A stretch of 64,000 bases of DNA, from contig MU053493.1 of NCBI GenBank assembly GCA_013239625.1, positions 443,793 through 507,792 of the forward strand. Direction: 5' to 3'. A model generated the notes under the pieces. The model saw only the letters and a list, made by a program, of their open reading frames with translations, was not told the origin of the DNA and made no database searches. Of this stretch, positions 14,430 to 26,337 are shown one piece after another. A program made the translations under genes and the position numbers. The stretch's first letter is position 1. Each line of letters begins with the position of its first letter. This DNA comes from Lama guanicoe. Taxonomy: Eukaryota.

Positions 14430-15112
14430 TCCAACCGGGCCAACACCTTGAGCCACCGGGGTGGTGGAGCAACGAACTGGAGGTTGGGGAACCCTGAAAG
14501 TTAACACGGCAGCATGCCACCTAACAGTATTCCAGGTCCTCCTTCACGGAGGTGGATCAGTCTTCTGGGCAGATGGACCCTGACAGGATTTGGTAGAGGG
14601 ATGGACCAACTCACCAGTCAGCATGTCCAGATCAGGTAGGAACCTGAGGACTAGTCAGTAGTCAGGTCCTGTTCCAGTAGACAGGAGACTGATCATGTCT
14701 TAAGGGTTCCCTGATTGGGAACATAGGTCAGATATAAGTCAGTGAGTGTGTGTGTGTGTTTCTGTGGCATGACCTGCTTGTGCATCAGATTCAACTATTT
14801 AGCTCCATGGTGCTCTGTTAGTGAGTTTGAGTGAGTCCAAACCTGACGTTCCTTGGTGACATCATATGTCTCAGGGTGGTATCAACCCTTTGGGGTATTG
14901 ATCAGATTCAGTGGAATATAATGACACACCAATGATAAGTGTTACCTTCATCCCCAAGAGGGGAGTGCCCAGATGGATACAGCAAAAGCCCCTCCCTTTG
15001 TCTTGTCTGTGACACTGGCACAGGGTGGCCACACAGGGAGGGAAAGGGACATAGATCATCCCATGAATAAGTGACCCCAGTGCCCTCAGGGACTAGGACA
15101 AGACTTCGTTGA

Positions 15113-15580
15113 GAAAGTTTCGGAAGTGACTATACCATCAGACCTCCGAGATATCTTGTTACAATTAGTGAGCCTACCCCAGTACTCCCTTTTCTGTCTG
15201 ACATTGAGACCTCAAGATGTGAGCCAGAGAGGGCTTCCCTAGGACTGGCAGCACCCCTCCTTGGAGGCCCCTTTTTGCTACACTTGTCTTGTCACTGGCC
15301 CACCCCGGCCCCATGCTTTGTCAGTTCAAGCTATAGAGAGGGCTTTGTACAAGGACATCTGAAACTTGTCCAAGCCCTAGAATTTATCAGAGATTTCTTT
15401 CATGGGAGAAACCCCGACTCATTGGCAATGCTTGCAGCCATGCAGATATTAGATTTGGTGAGGCAGTGGGTTTTACAGGAGCTCTGCTCTTTTAAGGAGT
15501 GGAGGAAACAGAGAGACTGGGGTCACCATCCGTGGGGCCAGAAGCAAACCTACACCTATAGTGTAAAATCTGTCAGATAA
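15113..15580 (+). other. Candidate pre-gag ORF of the provirus (about 155 stop-free codons, ending 2 nt before the gag ATG)
   Basis: Frame of the ORF-track 15275-15580 ORF stays open upstream to a TGA at 15110; ends TAA-CA-ATG(gag). Confidence 0.55.
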
Positions 15581-15582
15581 CA

Positions 15583-17151
15583 ATGGGGGCCTCAAAGTCA
15601 AAGCTGACTGCTCTGGGCTGCACGACTAAAATTTTCGAAAAGGGCTTCTCAGTAGACCATGGAGTTAAATTGTCACCAGGAAAATTGCACACATTGTGTG
15701 AGCTAGAATGGCCCACCTTTGGAGTGGGTTGGCCTTCAAAAGGCACACTTGACTTGCCAGCTTTCCAGGCCATATAAAGAGTGATTACTGGGACCCCAGG
15801 TCACCCAAACCAATTTCTGTATATTGAATCTTGGCTGATGATCGCCCAAACCTTGCCTCTGTGGGATGTTTCCATTAAAATGGTCAGGGACAGTGAAGGA
15901 TCCTCGTGACCCAAACATTGGAGGTGAAAAAGGAAGATATGATGAAGCTGATATTTAAAGGGGACCCTGAAGAAGAGCCATGATGCCTCTGACATATATC
16001 TCCCCTGCTCCTATAGCTCTAACACAGCCACCCTTACCAGATACTCCACCTCCATCTGTGTCCCCACTCCCACAACCCCTGGCTCCTAGCCAGAAGCCCA
16101 TAGGGAGGAGACTCTGCTCAGTCCAGTGAATCACACAGTGAGCGGCTGCCCTCGTTTCCTCTTTGGGAGACCCAAGGGCCCCAACAAGTAAGTGATGATG
16201 GCTCTGTGCAACCCTGCTGCTCAATCCTATACTACAAGCATTTCAGCACGATGGATCTCTTAAACTGGTGATACCATGTTCTGCCCTATTCAGAGAAACT
16301 TCAGGCCATGATTGACCTACTAGTGTCAATCTTTCAGACCCACCAACCAACCTGGGATGACATCCATCAGCTACTCTGACACTTTTCAACACTGAAGAAA
16401 GTGTATCCTGACAAATACCAGAAAGTGGCTACAAGGGTGGGCCCTGGCAGGGACTATAGACACAGAAAGATGCAGCCCCCAAAATGAGACCAAACTGGAA
16501 ACTTAAGATCCAAGCCAGAAGAGAGGCTCTGCATCAATATTGGAGCACCTTCCTACATGGCTTGTGAGATGGAGCAAAGAAGCCAACCAACAGGTACAAG
16601 ACCACCACAGTTATCAAAAACAGATTAGTCCCCCACAGACTTCTATGAGAGGCTATGCAAAGCTTTTCAGATCTACATACGTTTTGATCCCAAGGTCCCT
16701 GGAAACCAGCAAATGGTCAGTGCTGCTTTCGTAGTCCAGTCCTATGCCGACATCCACCAAAAACTCCAAAAGCTGGAAGGTTTTGCTGGAATGAATTTTA
16801 CTCAACTGCTGGAGGTGGCCAAAAAGGACTTCATAAACTATGACCAGGAAGCCCAACAAGAAGCTGATAAATTGATGAAATAGAAATCATCCCTGTTGGC
16901 AGTGACACTAGGGAGTCCCGACCCAAACCAGCATACCCCCACCACAGAAGGGGGGACTGCATGCAAGGGCCCCAATGCAGCAGGGCCAATGGATATACTG
17001 CAAGGAGGATGGTCACTGGAAAAATCAGTGCCCTCATCACAGAGAGGCAAAGAATCTACTAAAGAGAAAGTCCCCGGCCAATGAAAGAAAGTACTGACCT
17101 AAGCCTCCTATGATGGACCTCATCAGATTAACAGGGTTGGACTTAGACTAA
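15583..17151 (+). pseudogene. gag: ERV gag (disrupted)
   Basis: Myristoylation-type MGASKSK start, MA motif LCELEWPTFGVGWPSKGTLD, Pro-rich region, CA remnants, zinc knuckle YCKEDGHWKNQC; stop followed by GGG (readthrough-type junction). Confidence 0.92.
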
Positions 17152-20100
17152 GGGGGATGGAGCTCCCTGCTCCTGGGCCCCTGGGAGCCCACCACTGTGA
17201 TGTTGGTGGGCGGGCCAACTGATGACATTTGTGGTGGACACAGGCATGGAACATTTGGTGGTGACCAAACCTGTGGCCCCCTCGACTGAGAAAAAGGCAA
17301 CTATTGTGGGGGCCACCAGGGACAGAGATGCTCGCCCATTTTGCCATCCTTGATCATGTCAGCTGGGAGGACATTTGGTCACTCATGAATATCTATACCT
17401 ACTAGAGTATCCTATCCCCTCTTTGGGAAGAGAATACTATAAAAACTGGGGGCTCAGATAATGTTCTCTTCAGGAAAAGAAGCACATCTGACTCTGAGAG
17501 GGAAGGAAGGTTTGCTCATGACTGTGACAGTGCCCTAAGAAGAATGGCACAAATGGAAAGCACTCAGACAAACACTGACTCTCTGATGAAGGAATTCCTC
17601 TCCTTCTGGGAAGAAGGGGGACCCTACGGATTGGCTCAAAACCATGCACTGCTGGTAATAAACCTATGACTGGGTGCAATCCTGGCCAGGCTGGGACTGT
17701 GCCCCATACACAGAGAAGCCTGGCTGGGAATTCAGAAGCTTATCCAGTGCTTGTGTGATGAAGGAATTCTCACAGAGTGCCAGTCTCTGTGGAATACACC
17801 CCTCTTGCCCATCAAAGGCAGAAGGAAAAGATTATTGACCAGTACAGGATTTGTGAGTAGTCAACAGTGTTCTGAACATGAAACATCTGGTGGTCCCTAA
17901 CCTATATCTGAGACTTCTACCAGCCCAAGTCAAATGGTTCACCTGCCTAGATCTGAAAGATGCTTTCTTCTGCATCAGACTCACATGAGCCAGTCAACCA
18001 ATATTTACCTTTGAGTGGGAGAACCCCCACATGGGCAGAACTCAGTTGACCTGGATTCGCTTACCATAGGGTTTTAAAAGCTCACTCACCCTGTTTGGGG
18101 AAGCACTGTCCTTGGACTTGACTGCTTTCCCAGGAGAAGCTCTAAACTGGACCCTGTTTCAGTATGTGGATGATCCGTTATTGGCCAGCCCCAATCAAGA
18201 GGACTGTTGGAAGGGAACCCAGGCCCTGTTAGCCCTGTGATTGGTTGCTAGCTATAAAGTCTCTTGGAAGAAGGCACAGTTCTTTAAAGAGACATTCAGG
18301 TATCTCGGGTTCATTATCTCAGAAGGACATCAGGCTTTAGGCCCAGAGAGTAAACAAGCCATTTGTGCTATACCTCAGCCAGGCACCAAGAAAGAGGTCC
18401 AAGTATTCCTGGGTGCAGCAGGGTTCTGAGAATCTGGATCCCTGGTTTCTCAAACATAGCTAAGCCCCTGTACAAAGCCACTGTGGGATCTGCAAAGGAA
18501 CCCTTCGACTGGGGACACAACGAAGAAGAAGCATTCAATGAGATCAAAGGAATGTTGAGTGCCCCAGCCCTAGAACTACCAGATGTGACAAGAGAATTCA
18601 ACTTGTACATCCATGAAAAGAATCACACAGCCCTAGGTTTCTTCACCCAAGCAATGGGTCCATGGCAGTGGCCCATGGCCTATTTGTCAAAATGCCAGGA
18701 CCCAGTGGCATCAAGATGGCTACTATGCTTACAAGCATTGGCTGCAACAGTAACCCTGGTCAAAGAGGCAGAGAAGCTCACTCTCGGGCAGGATATCAGT
18801 GTAAAGATTCTGCACGCAGTCACCACTCTGATGAATAGCCAGAAGCATCGATGGCTGACCAACAGTAGGATTACACATTCCCAAGGTCTCCTTTGTGAAA
18901 ATCCCAGGATCCACCTGGAGATGGAGAGAAACTTGAACCCAGCCACCTTCCTGCCCAAGGGATGGGGCCCACCTGACCACAACTTTGAGGAAGTAATAGA
19001 GGAGGTCTACTCAACAGGCCTGATTTGTCTGATATTCCACTCCAGAACCCTGAACTTGAAATTTTTAGAAATGAGAGTAGCTACATGTAGGATGGACAAA
19101 GTAATGCAGGATATGCGGTGACAATGGCACATGAGATACTAAAGGACGAACCTCTACTGCAGGGCTGGATGGCACAAAGGGCAGAAATATGTGCACTCAT
19201 CCAGACATTGCAAGAGGGAAAAGGAAAGTGGGTCAACATTTACACGGGCTCTAAGTATGCCTTCCCTACCCTGCATATACATGGTGTCATATATAAAGAA
19301 AGGGGTCTGTAAACAGCCACAGAAAAAGAGATCAAAAATAAAGATGAGATATTACAACTGTTAAAGGAAATTTGGGAGCCTGCAGAGGTATCTTTCATCC
19401 ACTGCAAAGGACTCCAAAGGGAAATGATCCCATAAGCAGAGGAAACTGACTGGCAGATAAGGCTGTGAGAGAACTGACAAGTCTATCAGGCCACACCAGA
19501 GCCCCTGGGGCCATTGTGAAAGTTCTGCTAGCACTCGAGCTGCCAACACCTCTGAGATGCAGCTGAGAGGAAAACCTATAGGTCAGGACTGAAGGAGGAA
19601 CCAAAGGAAAGGAAGGATGGTGGGTGATGCCTGACAAATGAACATACATATATGAACAATTAGCCCACCAGGTGATCCTACAGCAAGATGAGCTCCCTCA
19701 CCTGGAAAACACTGCCTTAGAGGCCCTGCTGGAGTGGTACTATCTGATTGCTCAACTTCCATCCCTCTGTGCCCTAGTTTCACAGCGCTGCCTCATATGT
19801 GCCCAGAACAATGCAAAACAGAGGTCAACTGGGCCCAGGGGATCCAGCACTGTGGGCAGGACACTTTGGATGATACAGAAGTGGATTTCACTGAAATAGC
19901 GCCTAGCAGAGGATAAAAATACTTGCTTGTTTTTATCTGCACCTTTTCAGGATGGATAAAAGCATATCCAACATGGACTGAAAAGGTGAGAGAAGTAACA
20001 AATGCCTTACTCAGAGACATTATTCCCAGATTCAGGATGTCATTGACCACAGGGCAAGACAACGGACCTGCATTTGTGGTGGAGATAGTGCAACAAGTGG

Positions 20101-20721
20101 CAAAAGTTCTAAACATCTGCTGGAATCTACATGTGGCCTACAGGCCCCAGAGTTCAGGCACAGTAGAGTGCATGAACTGAACCCTAAAGCCAGTTATGGC
20201 CAAACTCAGCCAGTGAACTCAAACACCTTGGAGTGACATTTGGCCCCTGGCTCTCCTGTGGATATTATGTGCCCCTCGGACCAAGATAGGGTTCTCCCCT
20301 TTTGAAATCTTGTATGGGAGACACGCTCCCCTGATCAGACTGGGAGAAAACAATAAGGAGGTAGGAAGCTTAGAACTTCATAAGCAAATGCAGGTCCATA
20401 GACAGGTAACTGACAGGATCCCAGTGTCACTGGGAACAGCGCTACACCCCTACAAACATGAGGACCAAATCTGGGTAAAAGATAGAAAAAGGAGCCCCTC
20501 AAACCCAGTTGGAAGGGTCACTACCCAGTTATATTAACCACCGCAACAGCTCTCAAATTTGCAGAAAGCATCCCATGGAGTCACCATACCAGGGTGAACA
20601 GGGCAGCCCTGCCTCGAGATGAGGATGTCTGGAAAGTCAACCAGATTCCCAGAGAGCCACTAAAATTCAGGATCCAGAAATGCCCGCCACACCTGCTGGA
20701 GAACACTGGGCCCTGCTTTAG
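17152..20721 (+). pseudogene. pol: ERV pro-pol (PR, RT, RNase H, IN; disrupted)
   Basis: FVVDTG protease, LDLKDAFF and QYVDD RT, AQRAEICAL RNase H, DNGPAFV and [10 protein letters not shown] integrase; many stops and frameshifts. Confidence 0.95.
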
Positions 20722-21039
20722 CCATACCTGGAAGCTGGCTAGTCAAGGCATGGCAGAAGCTTGAGGAAATCACCAATGATGAGCTGAGACAGATTAATCA
20801 AAATGCCCCTTTTAATAGAGATCCCAACTGTGATGACCGGGCATTGCCACACCTTGCTCTTCTCCCTCATCATAATCCTTGCTCTAACCCTTGCTAAGGA
20901 CTGACTGTAGTAGCTCCTCCCGAATGGTCATACTCCAGGAAACTCCTACTGGCAATTTCATATCTCCTTGCTGTAGGATGCCTCACAACTATCCTATGCC
21001 TGTTACCTGGCCTCTCCTCAAGCAAAGCGAGGATTGGCC

Positions 21040-21695
21040 AGACTTGTAAAACTCGTCCTGCTTTTATGGATAACCCCTTCCTTGCATGATGAAGGAGCAT
21101 CCATCAAAAGAGCAAGGTGATAACCCAAATGGCAGGGATTAACAAGCAGAGGGAATGCTGGGCTTGCCTAAGAGAGGACACAAAATATGATATGCCTACA
21201 GTTTCCCTTCTGGCCTATTCTGCCTCTCTAGAAGACCTAATGAAATTAACACCATCTCTAAGTGGGTTCTCTGCTATTCTCTGCAGTAAAACTGAGAGGA
21301 CAAGAACAGGGGGAGGACCAAACCCCCACTGGTATGAGAGAGAAACCAGACCGGCCAGCCTCTGTATGGGATTATACCTTGGGTATGCAACCAAACTAAT
21401 AGGAAATCTCTCAATATGCTTCCAAAGCTTATATAGTGATGAAGGCAATGAGATATGTTATAGATATATTAAAGAGGCCTACTGCAATTACACCTTGTCT
21501 TTCAATGAGACAACCCTAGATTGGGAACAATTTCAGGATGAAGATGAATATAATGTATACCATATGATTAACAAAGGACTTAATTTTACCTGGGGAGGCA
21601 GAGGCCGTATTGTGACAAGTTGGTACAATGAAACTATCCTGCCCATAAACAGCAACAAAGGGGAGACCAGCCAAGGATATGTGGGGATAAGCTAG
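21040..21695 (+). pseudogene. env: ERV env, SU portion only; signal peptide out of frame with the 192-codon SU ORF (21117-21695)
   Basis: CWAC (CXXC) motif, sequons NLS/NYT/NET/NFT/NET; no furin site, ISD or TM anchor before the PPT; signal-like ARLVKLVLLLWITPS in an adjacent frame. Confidence 0.8.
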
Positions 21696-21862
21696 CAAAC
21701 CGGGGCCGTCTTCAATCTGACCATGGGTGACCTAATAGATAGAGATTATCCCTATATATCATAGCTGTTGTTAAGACCCTGGCCATATAGACACTGAGTA
21801 TCTGCAGCCTGAGGAAGATTGATGCTCACTCCATAAGAAAAGATAGCATCAAAAAGGGGGAA

Positions 21863-22208
21863 TGATGGGGCAAAACTCACAAAGGGACTGGCAAGACCTC
21901 CCAGGCAGGGCCTTTGCCTTCTAAATTTTGCCCTTCTGTAAAGTGGCTTGTTTCTAGGAAAATGGAATTTACTCCTAAAATTCCATTGGTTCCCAAAAGC
22001 TCACTCCTGATTGGTCCATTTCTAACACATTTGCATACAATGAGAAATTAATAGAAATCTAAAACCCAGTAAAAGCCTGTGTAAACCTACAGATGGGGTC
22101 AACAGCTTGGAGTGTTAATTCCTCTGGGCCCACTGGCATAATAAACCTGAGTTCTCCAACCCTCCGTGTGTTGCTTGGTCCCTCAATGGGATTCAGGTTT
22201 CTGTAACA
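21863..22208 (+). repeat. 3' LTR
   Basis: tgatgggg...tgtaaca after PPT, contains aataaa, followed by TSD GTGC. Confidence 0.95.
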
Positions 22209-23628
22209 GTGCAGAAAGATGGTATGTGGAAAATAATTTAAAAACTGCTTAATTTCAACTTTTCTGTGCAAAAGAAAGTTGAGTAATGCTTAACAATTCT
22301 AATCAATGTATGTAAATCCCCCTATGACAAATAACAGTAAAGAAAAAAAATCCTTGTATGAAAGGAAAGTAAGATGTGTTTTGTTAAGGAAAGATATGAA
22401 GGGTGTGTTTTTCTTAGGGAAAAAGAGTGTAATTTTGGTTAAAAAATTGTATGCTTTCTAGAATGAAGAAAAATAATAAGATGAAAAACTGAATGGATTT
22501 TTTTTTTAATTGGGGAAGGTTTGTGGGAAAGGATTCTTGGAAAGGGAATCTTGGAAAATGCATAGATTTGATGCATTTATTTACAATATTTTTAAATTAC
22601 TAATAAAATTAATACCACACTGATGTAATACTAGAATTGAGTTCTGTCCCTCTCCCAAAACAGCAAACAAGTACTGAGATTATTAATCTGTTCTTAATTG
22701 GAAATTTTTTAAGATTTTTCTTTACTATGAAATCAAGATTTTGCTTCTTAAAGTAATTTCTTGTGTTTCATGTTGTTTTAAAAGGTATTTGATTACTTAA
22801 GAAAACCAAGTCTTCTCAATTTTAAAAGAACTAGCTCTTTCACAACTATGTGGCTCTCTACGTGACTTTGACATCACTTAGTTGTCACTTTGGTTAAATG
22901 GACAACAAAGAATTGTTGTCCATCTTATTTAGTCAAAAGTCTATGCTATTTTTACATATTTAACAAGCTCCCAAAATCAAATTTCAAATGGAACATTTGA
23001 CCTCAAACAGAGGCCTCTGGAAATATCCCTAGCAGTTTGCCTCCCACCTTGAAAAAGAGAGATGCTTAAGCAAACAGGTTTACTTGGTATGTTAAATTCT
23101 ATGCCAACCAAGAAGTGATGAAAACCTTCTTAGCTTATATGTGAGTGGATATGTGTTATTATAAAGGTATTTCCAAAATAGTAAGAAGTTCATAGAAATC
23201 TGTCAATATGCTAATTGTATAATTATTACCATAAAGTTATATATGTCACAGAAATGATTAGTTTTTCTTATCAAATGAATTCTCATCAACACTTTAATCA
23301 TGATCATTTTAAGTCATTTGTCATTCACAGTCAGTTATTATTTGACTTTGATTCTTCTAAAAAAAAACTGTTTACAATTGTTTACAGCAGGAATTATCAC
23401 TGATATCATCACTTAAATAACTCTGAGACCATGATTTTAGTCTGAGTAGATATTTCCAAAAGTACTGAAAAAGCTAATGGAATCATATATATACTAACCC
23501 AAGAAAAGTGTGAACAAAAATCAATTTCATGGGTTTTAGTGAACTAATGAGTACCATTATAGTCATTGATGAATTTGTTTGAAACACTGCTTTTTTTAAT
23601 GTTTGTTTTTTAAAAATTTAAGGAAACT

Positions 23629-26180
23629 GGAGAGAAGTAAGATGGTGGAGTACAAGAACGAGTGTAGCTCACCCTCTCCCACAAATACAACAAAACTCAC
23701 ATCTACAGACCCATTCAGCCAACCAGAGCAGCTGCCAAACTCCAATAGAACATTGCCCTCTTTGAAATATAAAGACACCAAAAATCTAGTAGGAGAAAAG
23801 GGAAAAAAAGAAGGAAAACCAAAACAGTGCATGATTGGTCCCATGGGAAGGAGTGGCAAAGGAGGACTAGCTCTCATTCATTGGGTCTCCCTGCTCCAAT
23901 GAAGAGGCCAATGGGATGAAGGGGGAGCCTTCAAGGCTTAATCTGCCCAGAGCACCCGTTGACCTACAGAACTAAATTAAACAGGCACAAAGGGTCCCCA
24001 CAACACCCAGCCCGAGATGTGAGCTGGCAGCTGGGGGCTGGGACAGGCCACCCGAGCCAGGTGGAAGACTGGGGTGGCTGCACTGACATAGCCCCAGGGT
24101 GCTGCAGGGTGCTGCATGCCATGGCTGGGAGGGGATATGGAGCAGAATAACTTTGGTCCCCGTAAATTGTGAAAAAAGCAAAGCAACATGGCTGGTGTGC
24201 CCTGGGGGGGGTGCGCCTTAGCCTTTTTCTCCTCAGACCTGAGGCACCATTACTGGTGCTTCTCACGAGAAGAGAGGCGGAGCAGAGCCACAGCCGCCAT
24301 ATCCTCCTATGCGTGGTGCCCGGGTGGGGGAGGGGCCAAACCCTGAACCCGCACCCCAGGGCTCCACAACCTCCTAGGCAGGACTGAGACTTGTTTCAGC
24401 CCAAGGCAGATAGGATCTTTCTGCCCTGGCACCTCAGGGAACTTGCACTGCCAAGACAAAGAAGGAGCTGAGATTCAGTACAAAGCAGGGATAGGGCTGT
24501 TCCACAGTTTTCCCTGAGCCCACCTATGGAGCACCGATCTGAGGCAGAGCAGGCAGTGGCACAGAGCAATGGAGCGACTGCTGCCAGGAGAGGGAGGGCA
24601 GCCACCCGCCTTTCTGGCAGGAATGCAGCACCTGACCACAGTGCTTGGAGGGGGCACAATCTGCCCACCTGCCTCGCCCCAGTGCAGCATCTGACTGCGG
24701 CATTGGGAGGGGGAGTGACCCGCCTTCCCACTGTCCACAGTACCAGAGAGATATGAGCAATATGAAGAAGCAGAGGAACCACTCCCAATTAAAAGATCAA
24801 GAGAAATCCCCTGAAAGCATGAACAAGGAAACAGACAATGATGGCCTACTAGATCAAGATTTCAAAAAAGGAGTGATCAAAGTACTGAAGGAACTAAAAG
24901 AAATAATGTTTAGAGATATAAAATATGTCAAAAATGAAATAGAAGCTATAAAGAAGAACCAAGTAGAATTAGTCAACTCATTTGCTGAGATGAGAGCTGA
25001 CGTAAAGGCTGTACAAAGCAGGCTAGATAGTGCAGAGGAATGAATAAGTGACCTAGAACACAGGACAACAGAAAGCACCTGATTAGAATAGCTGAGAGAA
25101 AAACAAATGAAAAATAATGAAAACAATATAAGGGACTTATGGGATAATATAAAGTGTGCCAATCTAAGCATAATAGGGGTTCCAGAAAGTGAAGAAAGTT
25201 CAAAGGGGATTGAAAAGGTATAGGAAGAATTCATGACTGAAAACTTCACAAACCTAAAGAAGAAATCAGATATCCAAGTACAGGAGGCTCAGAGGGTCCC
25301 AAACAGGAAGAATCCAAACAGACTCACACAAAGACATATCATAATCAAGATTGCCAGAGTCAAGGATAAAGAAATGATCCTAAAGGCAGCAAGAGAAAAA
25401 CAAAGAATGAGTTACAAGGGAACCCCATAAGGCTTTCAGTTGATTTCTCTACACAAACATTACAGGCCAGAAGGGAGTGGCAAGATATATTCAAAGTCCT
25501 GAATGAAACAAAGATGCAGCCTAGGATACTCTATCCAGTAAGGCTATCCTTTAGAATAGAAGGAGAGATAAAGCACTTCACAGACAAGCAAAAACTAAAA
25601 GAGTTTAGTAACACTAAACCCATGCTAAAAGAAATATTGACAGGTCTACTCTAAACAGAAAGGAAGCAAGATGCTACAAAAATAAGAAATTCATAACTGG
25701 AAAGGGGATAACTACCATGAATTACAAATAGAATAAACACAAAATTGTAAGAGAAGACATCTAAATCATTAAGACTGGGAGAGGGAAGCAAGGAAAGCCA
25801 CTGTGGAAAACAGTATGGAGATTCCTGAAAAGACTAGGAATAGACTTACCATATGACCCAAGAATCCCACTCTTGGGCATATATCCAGAAGGAACCCTAC
25901 TTCAAAATGACACCTGCACCCCAATGTTCATAGCAGCACTATTTACAATAGCCAAGACATGGAAAAAGCCTAAATTTCCATCAACAGATGACTGGATAAA
26001 GAAGTGGTATATTTATACAATGGAATACTATTCAGCCACAAAAATGAACAACATAACACCATTTGCACAACATGGATATTCCTGGAAAATGTCATCCTAA
26101 GTGAAGTAAGCCAGAAAGAGAAAGAAAAATATCATATGAGATAGCTCATATGTAGAATCTAAAAAAAATTTTTTTAAAAA
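23629..26180 (+). mobile_element. L1 with intact 5' end and ORF1; almost all of ORF2 and the 3'UTR missing
   Basis: 5' end ggagagaagtaagatggtggag, GC-rich 5'UTR, ORF1, spacer, then a jump at about 25796 to the last ~370 nt of ORF2. Confidence 0.92.
24753..25654 (+). pseudogene. L1 ORF1 (disrupted)
   Basis: MSNMKKQRNHSQLKDQEKSPE start, coiled coil, QVQEAQRVP; internal stops. Confidence 0.9.
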
Positions 26181-26319
26181 AGACGAAGTTATTTTTTTTA
26201 CTTCACTAATAAAAAATCTTGCTTATATCACAGTTTTTGTCTCATCAAAAATACTTTTTTTTTCAGGTGACTAATAACTGAGGTAATTCTTATATCCCTT
26301 TTCCTGGTAAAATAAATTT

Positions 26320-26337
26320 TGGTGCCATGACTCAGAT
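26320..26337 (+). promoter_or_regulatory. Primer-binding site, tRNA-His
   Basis: tggtgccatgactcagat vs TGGTGCCGTGACTCGGAT, 16/18, both mismatches at CpG sites. Confidence 0.9.

Larger units (their letters stand above)
14055..22208 (+). mobile_element. Near-complete class I (gammaretrovirus-like, ERV3/HERV-E-related) provirus, env TM deleted
   Basis: Two TG..CA LTRs, exact 4-bp TSD GTGC (14051-14054 / 22209-22212), PBS, gag-pro-pol-env remnants, PPT aaaaagggggaa at 21851-21862. Confidence 0.97.

Noticed and set aside
18363..19121. Longest ORF in the track (252 aa) as a novel protein
   Set aside because: It is the RT thumb/connection part of ERV pol between two frameshifts
25780..25810. Splice origin for the large ORF2 deletion (right side follows ggtgcag in the intact copy)
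   Set aside because: No GT donor at the left breakpoint in the two intact L1 copies
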